Source: Phoronis australis
Lineage: Eukaryota > Animalia > Phoronida
Reading direction: 5' to 3'
Assembly (NCBI GenBank): GCA_002633005.1
Contig: NMRA01000017.1
Span: 74,463 to 138,462, forward strand
Length of the DNA: 64,000 nucleotides
Below, piece after piece: positions 1 to 10,900 of the stretch (positions within the stretch are counted from its first letter, which is position 1; each line of letters opens with the position of its first letter). Below the pieces are notes generated by a model. The model did no database searches. It saw nothing but the letters and a program-made list of their open reading frames with translations, and was not told where the DNA came from. A program made the position numbers and the translations under genes.

Positions 1-2125
1 TTTCTTAATCTTCATTAGGAACTATCGATCATTCAAAAACTGGTAGCCAATATCCGGTAACGTGATGACTAAGAAATCCTGAAGTGAATTTAAAAACGTC
101 TCGTAAATGGCACAAGATGTCCCGTAAGTGAGGGGCAAGTGATAATGTGACGTTGGTTATTATTTCTGACCCCCAACACTTCAGGAAATAACTTGTATGA
201 AATAATGACGGATAGTATACGTATTTAAGGCTATTTCTTGTCACCTGTATGAGTTGATGTAACTGATTATGTAATAAAAATGGCAACAGATTATATTTCA
301 AGCGTCCGTGTTGCAAGAAGGCACATGGAGACATTTGTAACACAACTCACATGTACATGTACTGGTAAATCCAAAAGTTTGCATTCAACATTTTTACAAC
401 ATCTGCTATACAACTGTGCCTGACATATAACACGTCAAAAGCCATGTCCCGTAAATGACGACTTAAGGTAATTCAAGCTTTGACAATTAATCTAAAGACT
501 GTTAAGGTTAAAAACCTTTTCACGGCAATGTTAACTTGGCTTTAAAATTCATTAGGAGAAATCAAGGTAGTCCAGCAATTCATCTGACGCCTTGAACGCT
601 CTGCGGCTCTTCCCAGCAGGTGCTAGGTCCAGGACGAGCTTCAGGATGTCATCTTTCCGGAGCCAAATCTTGTTTCCTTCGGTCACATAAGCAATCCACT
701 CATTTTACTGGACGGCTGCACGAAGTTGACTTCCACAGGCAAATCGACATCATCTGTGTCCACGACTTGTCCGAGATATCATCGACCTTCATATTTACAA
801 ACAAAATCGCTTTGCTTCACTTATATATTGACTTCTTTGGTCTCAGCTAAAACTCTCTTGTCTTTCGACTTTTTGTACTTCTGTCAGTCCTGACACTGGT
901 ACGAAAGACCCGTAAGTCGTTCAGTTTCTGTTCTAAGCCATTCGTCACGAAGTTGTGCCTTTTTACGTGCTCCGTAGACTATTCTTTCATCCGCTGCGAC
1001 TTGAATTTTGGCATTCTGCAACACAAACAAAGGTGACAAACTCTAATTAATAGGTATTAAATAAAATGAAACGATGTCATCACTATTTTTGCAAGGTCAG
1101 CTGCATTAAGTTATGTATCGTCACACATAATAATTCAATTACTACTTAAAATGAATTTAATTTGAGTGAAAATAAAACAAATCACTTACGGGACACTGAA
1201 TGTCATTTACGTGACAATTTTTTACGAGAACTTATCAAGACCAACGTCAAGCAAATTCTAATCAAAGCATGTTTTACAGGAAGCATTCCGTCACTTCTTT
1301 TAGTACGTTAATAACAACCTTAAAACATGCCAATTAGAAAAGGGAGATTACAGAAAACTTACCCAAACGTTCTGCTGACTTCTTTAGTGAGTATTTTCAG
1401 ACAGTATCAAAGTCGGCTGAAGCGCAAGTGCTCGTTCTTGAAAAATTGACCTACATTCATGTCACACATGCCAATAGTAAGTGAAATTAATTGGACTTGA
1501 CCTAATTATAAAATTGTCGTCCCGTAAATGAAGGCTCGTAAGATAAGCAACCAATTTCAAATGCCAAAATTTTTCCTAAATGTCCGCCATTAACTTTCAA
1601 ATCTGTGCATTGATTTCGCACATCACCATAGCTTTGTAGAGTTATTTTAGTTTCCACATCTTCATTTTAACCAACGCACTATTGTTGAGTTTATGCACGT
1701 CTCGTAAATGATTCAAAAAAAAATTCCACCGCGCTTCTTGAAAAGCAGTGCCATGCAGCCACTTTCAGATGAGGCAAAGGTTTAAATAAAATTAATGCAG
1801 TCGCCGTTTTTTGTGTAATACAAATTATTGATCGCGAATTTACTAAAATATCTCTTGAAACTTTTTTTTACAAAAACACGCCAATGAGATCTCGTAAATG
1901 ATTTGAGATTTGGCTTCACTCAGTAAACATGGTGCTAATTAAAATTTATTTTTTGTTCATGAAAAACGTTGACTTTCTCTTTGAATATGTCTCACTGAGT
2001 TTCCGAATCGCAATTATTCTTTTCGAATGGACAAGTCATTGTAACAAAAAAGAGCCTGTTTCTACGTTGTTGTTTTTTCAGCTTCACGTAATTTTATGGA
2101 ACCCTAAGCTACAGGGTGCATTGTG
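1..2125 (-). mobile_element. Decayed DNA transposon with a CACAATG terminus (Transib/Chapaev-like, CMC group); other end lies outside the window
   Basis: The minus strand begins CACAATG at 2125. About 10 dispersed YCGTAA(A/G)TG-like motifs in both orientations. Internal stop-interrupted reading frame at 1015-552. Confidence 0.55.
552..1015 (-). pseudogene. Degenerate transposon-type coding fragment with a Tudor-like C-terminal module
   Basis: Reads ...DFVCKYEGR*YLGQVVDTDDVDLPVEVNFVQP...LM*PKE (frameshift) KIWLRKDDILKLV...GKSRRAF. Resembles, from memory, the V-x-Y-x-G-x-W-Y-x-G-x-V...W-P...I-W...D-I-L module at the C-terminus of many invertebrate transposon proteins. Contains stops and a frameshift. 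Confidence 0.55.
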
Positions 2126-2396
2126 ACACCTACCATGTAAACTGTAGCCGGTCATAAGACACAGCACGCACATTAGACATATTTTTCTTTATTTTAAAGG
2201 TCTTTGACGTTGTTTCATGACTTCGGACATTCTGTGTGGTGAGCTGAACATTGGCTTTACCATTTGCCGCGATTCATTGAGAATGAATTTAGTATTTCTT
2301 CTTCAGAACAAGACTGCTTATTGTTGTGCATTGGGATCTACAGTAGAGGTCGTGGCAGGACATTACTTAATAACATTTTACCGATTTCCATTACAG

Positions 2397-3710
2397 AATT
2401 GCTAATCCGTTGGCCCCACACTACGGTGTCATTTCTGGCCGTAAGTTGAGGTTAGTGAGATATGAGGGACCCGACGCCAAAGTTACTGCCTTGAAAGCGT
2501 TTGAATCTACAAAAGCGATGGAAGACTTCGTCTGCAAATGCTACACTGGTGAGTTTCGCCAAACACATTCTGTCTACATTGTGTGTTCATGAAAGAAATT
2601 GGTGTCCAATACACAGTAGTTTGGCACGCGTAACGGGTTGAAGTTTTATGAAACTGGAAATATTAAAGCTGCATTTCGTCGCTTGCTTTCATAAAATCGA
2701 TCACATATCTCTTACCGCAATAGATTCTATTTTCGTTAGTAACAAGAACATCTAAAACATCAGCGACCTATAATAGATTGACCAACCCTAAAATCGAGAA
2801 GTCGAGAATGGCTCTTGTAAGCATTGTCTGTGTCTTGACTATCACTGTAAAATTAATATGAGACCGATTTAATGAGACTAAAAGGTAAATTAATTCGATT
2901 TTCATTTTAGACAGCTAAACAGGTTGAAATTGAGCTTTAATTTTGTTATTTTGTTTCTCTCCCAATACTATCCTAAGTCCATCCTATCAGGTGTGAATTG
3001 AAATCCATCTTGTACACTCGAATATGTGCACGACTATAAAAAGTTTTACTTTTTGGTTTCTTGGTCTTAGAATGCTACAAATGTGAAAAAATGTGTGAGA
3101 CGCCTAGCAGTTTTCCGTTACAAGCGCTTAAACTAAAACACATTTGGACAAAAAGTGAAATAGGCATGGGTTACTAAAAAGTCATCTTTAATTAAATTAA
3201 TTTAGTGATTAAATTCCTTTCGAAAGCAGACTAGTTTCGTTACACGGTGTCAGTTTTATGGTTGTGTTTTGTCGTAAGTAAATGTTACTTCTAGATTTTG
3301 AGTATCTCAAAGTTTTAGATTTTGGCTTCTTCATAAAAAGTTGCACCTTTGAATGTTTTTCGTCCATATTTTATTTTGACTCCCTTTGCATTTGAAATAA
3401 TTATAAAAACTATGTTGTCACTTCGTTTTTAAACTATTGTAGCTCAAACAGCGCCACATAAGAATGCACCACGTGACCTCAGAAGCGCGCCAATTTCAAA
3501 ATCACGATCACACCCAATAAGATAAATATAGCTCATTAATTACACCGCTGTATTTCTGTAGATGGCGCTTATGTTCTGTTGTTGGGATTGTAAAAGAAGT
3601 TTAGTGGATCAGAGCAATCTGTGACAGAAAGATCTTTCTAAGCGTGCAAATTGTATTTTCCAGATCTCCCTTGCTTGACTCACAGCATGGAGATGTTCTG
3701 GGGGAAATAA
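2397..3710 (+). CDS. Possible last two exons (2397-2548, 3664-3710) of an unidentified upstream gene or pseudogene
   Basis: Exon 2397-2548 has tttccattacAG and GTGAGT and is open (IANPLAPHYGVISGRKLRLVRYEG...CKCYT). It joins in phase to ttttccAG at 3664 (DLPCLTHSMEMFWGK*). AATAAA at 3835. No family recognised. Confidence 0.35.
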
Positions 3711-4439
3711 GTAGATTGTCCAACCAAACACGAGGCGGCGCTGGTGAAGACATGTGGATATCGACGGGATTCTTCTTTTAGTCTGCAGGCTTTAGTCCTT
3801 CATTTCAGGATCACTCAAGTAGCTTATTTTATTCAATAAAGAGGTTTCAGACACATGCTAGTAATTTCATGTCGTACTGCAGCTAGACAGTGAGAAGGTG
3901 ATAATTAACACTATACAATTCACACAGCTTATCACGTACAACGACACAGACTTTAGTTAAAGTTTGAAAACGGATTTTTTGAGATTTTTTCACTGAGCAA
4001 AAAGAAATAACTGTTAGGCTTTACCTTAACCGCAATGTATAAACTACACAAAACCTGTCCCAAGCCTTTCCATACGATAAAAATTTTAGTGTCCATCCCA
4101 AAACCGGATAAATCAAAGCTTCTGTGAGTAATCTGGCAAAAAGAGATCAATTTATATGATTGACTAATTCCTTTAAAAGTTGATAATAATCGCTGCCTGG
4201 TAATCTTTCAATTGGCGGCAGTGATACGCCTGCTGTACCTTCACTTAATATTGTTGGCGTGGAGAACACTTGTTAAACACCTTCAGGAATTTCACTTTTT
4301 AATTTGATTTTCTTAGAAGGATGAAAATCCCAATGACTGATAGAAACTTATTTTTTAAAATCGGTTAATTTACAATGGAAAAATTCCCGGCACACACAAA
4401 TATTAGGCTACTAAAAAACACCAAATTTGACAGACTTTT

Positions 4440-4862
4440 CTCCACAAAATTACCACTTCCCTGCAAGTGCCAGAAAAAATTCGACTACAGATTCAGAATG
4501 CTTGTACTCTCTAAATACTACAAATGTGGTCATAGTATGCCCATTACTCGTGACCGGCTACTTTTTGATCTGTTTGACAGCCACCTGAAATCGCACCCGG
4601 TTTCTCGGACAGCAGACTACAGGGGTTGAAAGCAAATGACAGTCACCATTTTGCACCAAAAGTAGGTAACGGCTAAAAACTTAGCTTTTCTCATTCAAAA
4701 ACACAGGTAAATCAGTTTCCTGGCACTTGTTTTCAACAAATTCTTCGAACCACCCGTCAAACCTGACGTACCTGCGCCCTGTAGCCTACACACGCGTTTA
4801 GTTCCTTGATCCACCGGCAGGGAATGTTTTTGGGTTTGAGAGTAATAGAGTTCAAGATGGCG
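4440..4862 (+). promoter_or_regulatory. Putative SMARCD promoter / 5' region
   Basis: GACTACAGATTCAGAATGC (4483-4501) resembles the ZNF143/THAP11 ACTACA element, with further ACTACA copies nearby. ETS-like CACTTCC at 4454. YY1-type CAAGATGGCG overlaps the ATG. CpG is locally enriched. Confidence 0.5.
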
Positions 4863-4961
4863 ACGAGACCTCCCGGTTATCCTCAGCCAAATATGCAACA
4901 AAGACCTGGATTTCCACCCCAGGGTCCTCCAATGAGGCCATACCCTCAGCAGCCATTCGCT
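4857..4961 (+). CDS. SMARCD1: SMARCD exon 1 ([35 protein letters not shown])
   Basis: ATG in CAAGATGGCG context, Pro/Gln-rich N-terminus, GTAAGT donor at 4962, phase 0. Confidence 0.85.
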
Positions 4962-7900
4962 GTAAGTAACAATAGATTTATACACTTATTAACTGACTCG
5001 TTATTCGATGATTGCCTTGCTCTCAAAATAGGAATATTCGATTAGTTTTTCTTTGTCTTCATCTGCCTGGCCTTGCCCTTGGCCTTGCCTTGGTTTTCTC
5101 AAGTCAATGACTGGGTCGTAAATGAGTGAATCTCATGTTTCTCGAATGTACTTTTTTCGTTTTCTGTGGTAGGCAAGCCCAAGGCTTAGGGAATTTCGGC
5201 GAAAATTGGACGAAACCACCAAGCTAGTTGAGGTAGGTGGTTTCGCCCGAATTGTGTCGGCTAATACATTTGTGACGGGAGCGCCTTGTATTGATGGAGT
5301 CGTGAGTTAAGTCGAGTCGTCAGTCAAGATTTTGTTTAATTCCAGAAGCGGACCCCGGAAGCTAAAGTGGTCTACAATTACTGATATTTTAAATGGTTGT
5401 CTGTTGGTGAATCCCCTTATTTGGTACTTCCGATGACGAAAGTTTCACTTTACATTTTGATTGGTTTTTACAATTCAACTTGAGACCCCTATTTTAGCGC
5501 AATTTGGTACATTCGCGGTGTGAATTTGTCTATATAAATGCGCCCCAAATGGTCAAACTTTGGATTCTACCGAGTCTCGTTTCTATCTAGTAAGAGTCTC
5601 ACATTTTCAACCCTATATCGGGTCTCGATTCTATCCGGTTAGAGTCTCTACTTTTTAAGTTTTAACTTTAGGATCAACTTTAGCTTACAAACTTTTCATT
5701 TTCTTGGCTTTGGAGACTGACTTGGGCGATTTCGCAGTCGATCCAAACTATTTGAGATTACAATGACGATTGAAGCTAATGATGTGCTGTAAGTTTGTAG
5801 ATTTTTATTTTACATTTAGGGCATAATAAACTCATTATATATGTCTTCTCTCTTGTTTCACTCTCTATAAGTTGTCACCATCGTTCTCTCGTATGCGATA
5901 CGAATGAGTGAAAAGGGACACATTGCTGAAATTATTTTTATCGGCTATGAACAGTCGACTTTAGATCGGTGTTGGTCGCTCTACCGATTCCCGTTACACA
6001 TTCATTTGACAAGTCATGGGATATTTACAAATCAACCAGTTAGACTCCTTGTTCCTAGTTCAGCATTAATGCCTTTGAACTTAAAGAATAATAACAATGG
6101 TCAAAATCGGGGAAATTCGGACGCCAGTGCGGAAAATGGTAGAGAGCGTTGGAGAAATTCGTACCAGCAAATTCTATAGGTAAATCTCGGACAAAATATC
6201 TAATAGTACTTTATGATTTCAAAAAATGATAACAGGTGTTATTTAGCAGTGTCAGCATGAGACAAATAATAAAATTTGAGAAGTTGTCATGTCCTGGCCA
6301 CATTAACAGCCTTAAAATATGTCTTCCATTACCAATTTGTATGCAGCCTGCGTGGTAAGCAGTGCATTTGTTGTTAAAATTTAAGTCGTGAATTGACCTC
6401 TTAATGCAAAAGGTTATTATGTGAGTATGAATATCTCTCAAAAAAGCATTGAGAAAAGCATCTAGTAGTAGTAGCCCAAATGAATGGTGTCCAAATTTCC
6501 CCACGGCATACAATAAGTTGAGCATTGGGAAATTCAGACACCCATTTTTTGATCAAATCTTGCTTTTTGTATGTTTTTCAATTGAAATTAATACTGAAAA
6601 CAGCATGTGTTATGCGACCAGTAAATATATGTAAATTTACACGACAAGGGACCAAGTGACCTAATGAGAGTGCACCTACTGTAGAGTCATGGTGCCCAAA
6701 ATCACCGCGCCAATCAGGCGTCAGAGCAAAGTAAGGTGCTGAACATGCGTCATATGTGATAAATAAATTCCTACTATTGTTCCAGGAAATGAATAAGTTT
6801 TTCACTTAGTAGAAAAGCAGCTTTGTTATTATTTTTGACATTTGTTTAGACTCTGCCAAATTTTGTTGCCGTGGGGAGTTTCCCTGCAACCATACTCTTT
6901 ACCACACTAGGTCTATATATTGTGGAAAGAGTGTACTTATCTGTATCTCAGGCCCTTCAAGTTTAAGATCTATTTTCTGTATCCATCACTGGCACCAACA
7001 TTCACTTGTAAATTAACATAAAGCTTGGACACTAAAAATCAGTATTCTCAAAAGTTTCTACTATGAAGCTCTATGAAATTAGTATCGCACAAATCTTTGA
7101 ATACCTCCTTTCACCTGATCACATCATATTGCATTAGACTTAATATCTCTATCGATAGAAATTACAATTGATAGATAGTATCTCATGCATATGGGCGGCA
7201 CAGCTCTGAAACAAGTGGGGGGAAGGGGGTTATAGCTCCCCAGCCCCCTATGGTGTGCTGCTCATGAGGCATGTTTTCTGTTGAACATTTACCAGGTTTT
7301 TTATGTGTTTCAAGGTTGACACTCTGAAGGTGTAACTCCACAGTGTTATTCCTTTCTTATAAAGGCATTGCATTTTTCAGGGGAGCCCTGCTAGACCGAA
7401 CTTTGGCAGCCCTGGTCATCAAATGGGAGGCCCCCCTCGAATGGCCGGCCCTCCCCCTCCACCTGGGATGCCCATGCATGCCCACCCTGGTGGAATGCCA
7501 CACCCTTACCCAGTGATGACCCCGCAGAAAGGTTTGTGGAGATATTGAATTTTGCTTGAAAATGTCTATTCATCAAATTTCAGCTTATGTGGTAAAGATG
7601 GCTTCAACTTTAAAAGCAAGTTTTACTGTTTTTGAAAAACCCAATTTATACCTTGTACTGTAAACGCGTCTTGCTTTCTTTGAATCTTCCAAAACTTTTA
7701 ACTGTGTGTGCATTCATTTTAATTGAAATAATTGGTTTCAAGTGTTTGTGTGTTACCAAGTGCAGTGACCTTGGAGATAACTCAAAACTTCTCGATTCTC
7801 CTCTTGACAGCGAGCGGTAAAGCCAAGTCAAGTGAGTTTCTGAATGTTGTCATGGTAACCTTGCATGAGGGGGGGTAGGGCAAGCATGCTTGGATGTAAC

Positions 7901-10900
7901 ACTGTTGGCACTTCCTTCCACAATTGGGTCAAACTGCGCTTAGGTGCATCTAATGACGTCTGTTTTAGTACAGGTGTTGGGAGATCTGTATGTTTATCTT
8001 AGTAAAAGTCTGTAGTTAGCATGCTTATTAGGTAGGCTTAAATACTTGTGTTAGAAGATATGCTTGAACATAGTACAAAAGCCGATAATTTGCATTCTGT
8101 GATTGTATCAGTTGCATCTTCTTTGTGAAAGGAACTGTTATATGTTATTCTTAAAATTTTTTGCAACTCTGAGGTTTTGAATAAATATTCACTCCTTTGG
8201 GGATCATGGTTGCCACTTGCTTGACTAAGTTCCTGCATCAGTGCGATGACATCTAATGCAAGCCATCCCATTGTACGTGTGTGAAGGATACCAGCTACAA
8301 TCTCACCACAAAATGTTTTCCCTTGAATGCAGGAGCAACAGGCGTAGCTCACCACCAGGTGGAAACATATGACCTCGAGAAGTTTATGGGCAACAGCAGG
8401 GCCCCCTACTGGCTTGTTGAATTATTGAATTTTATGCTCTTGAAGACTGTATAGCCAAGTTGGCTTACTACTAGTCCTGGACAGCACTATAGTTAACATT
8501 GTACTGAGTCCAATGAGTTGAGGTGTATGTTATAGGTGCGAATGATATATTGCGAGTTGGAATGATTATCTATTAAAATTGTAAACAGACAACATTGCTG
8601 TGTGTTAAACCAGTCCTGTGTACAAGAGGGCTGCTGTCAAACTACTCGCAGTGTCACTCACCAGATACCACTGTCTTGCAGTCACAAATAGTGTTTGTTG
8701 GAAATAAGTGAAGAATTATGGTAGTAGCCAAAAGATGTCGCTCTAGTCAGCTAACTCTTTTCTTCTGTCTCTCCCCAGCCAAAAATAAAGAATCAGGTAA
8801 ACACATTGTTCCATCTTCTGTAGATCTTGTAGTATTCATGTTCAGTTGTCTGCATGCTGTTGGTGTACTTGGATTACTGTCACAGATGTAAGAGGGCGCT
8901 AGTGAGTTGTGTTTAGTGGAAATGCTCACCTGAACACACGTTGATGGGTAAAACTTTGTAGCATTACTGCAACTGTAACTGCATTTTGTAAAATGGGGGT
9001 ACATTACCTTGAACCATTGCGTTTCCTGGTGGTTTACTGAAACATTCACTAATCATTTGATGGTGAATGAGACATCTACTGGTGAATCTCCCCTCTCTTG
9101 CCTGTGTTGGGCTTTGTTTTGTTTTGTTTCGTTTTGTTTTGTTTTGTTACTAAAATAACATCTGCTTCTTGAAGGGAAATGACAGAGAATTTTAGCAACT
9201 GGTTTTGTGTAGACAAGAATAGACATGGTTAGGGTTATTGTAAAGCTATTTTATACTAAACCAGCTGCTGTGGCATGTTTACTATTTAAAATTTTCATGC
9301 AAGAGTAAATTTTTATAGTTTTGAGTCTTAAGTGTTGTGTTTCTACGGCAACTGTTTTTTCGTTATTTTTGTTACCATATTAAGAAGGAATCCTCGAGTC
9401 GCAAGACTGTGGCATGTTAGAGACGCTGCTCCGAATGAAGTAATTGTAAAACATAGTTAGTGTTTTTAAATTCTATTTAAAAATAGCTGAATGTTACTAG
9501 TGTATATATTGCCACTGTATACTTTTTCACCCCTTAGATCAACTGCTGCCAAGTGCAACTGCTGTAGAACTGTACATTTCAAGACGGCTTATTTTTGCCA
9601 GTTTGGTCCAGGCCATTTCATGACATTTCATTTCACTATTTGTCTTCTCTGGTCACTCCGGGCTTTCATGTTGGGAAACTTTAGGCTTGTTCCCTACTGA
9701 AGGAGATATTTTAACCCAGCCAGAATAGCTGACCACAGTTTTCCATTTTTAGTACGCACAGTTGCCCACGTAGATTTATGTGTAACTCTAAAAACATGCC
9801 TAAATTTGGCTAGCCTTAAACATCTCGTATCCAATTTTAATGAAATTTTCAGATATTGCACTTTAAATACTATTTTTCAAAATGCTGCTAGACATTATTT
9901 TTAAAATTCCCTACTTTGGTGTGAGGGTCCATCAGATTCTTATGGAAAGAAACTAAAAGTTGCATGAAAGGAAAATGAAATAATTTGGAAAAACGGTTGA
10001 AACATTTTTGATATTTCAAAAACTATGTATACATATGAGTTATTTCATAGTGAGGGATTATCACCAGAGGGCGCAGTGATAATGCCTCCAAATCCCAGTA
10101 GGGGTCCAGATACAGGAAGTAATGCCATAGGATATGTAGATATGGGTGATAACTCAGTAGTACATATAATGCTCTATTTATCCCAGATATTTAGCAATGA
10201 ACTTCATAAAACACGCAAAACAGAAATGAAAATAGTCAACTTTGTGTAACCTCAGTGATTCTTCATGCAGTGCACTGTATCAGACCACATGTGTGGACAT
10301 CTTATGTAGAACATCACAGCATGCTCATTATGTTTTCTCACTAAATCATTATTGGTTGTTACCCAATTGTTATTAATGATGCATGCTTGTATTGGCGGAT
10401 AAAAACATACCTTCCGTAAAAATTCTTCAGTTTGGTACACAATATGGCAGACAGATGAAATTTTGTTTCATCAAGTTTTTCAAGAGAAATAACTTCAGGA
10501 AAATTTAGTTTGCTTTTAGCATGGTTTGTGCGGGGTAGTTATTACGAAGCAACATTTGGTAAAATTTTGAGCGTTTGCAATAATGTGGTATGCATCTGAA
10601 AAATAAAAATATGGCAATTTTAACGATTATTTTTGTACCAAATTGAGGAATTTTTACGGTATTTAAATTGTGTAGTTGAGTAGGTACTTGACTAAGTACA
10701 CAGATGTTGGCAGAGTAGTGACTTTCAATGTCTTAACTTTGCTTAAATTGCATTTAAACCCATATTTGTGTGCTTTGTTATGCTACAAGGTCTGTGAATT
10801 TGTCATAATTTTATGTTTAGCATAGTGCTTTTAATTGATGTTGTTACAGTGCTTTGTATAACTTAGTTTTAATGCAAAATGTATACTGTTCTCTTGTAAT

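Noticed and set aside
552-1015. TGA read as Trp (alternative genetic code) in the transposon fragment
   Set aside because: The same frame also has TAA, another TGA and a frameshift, and uses TGG for Trp, so ordinary decay explains it.
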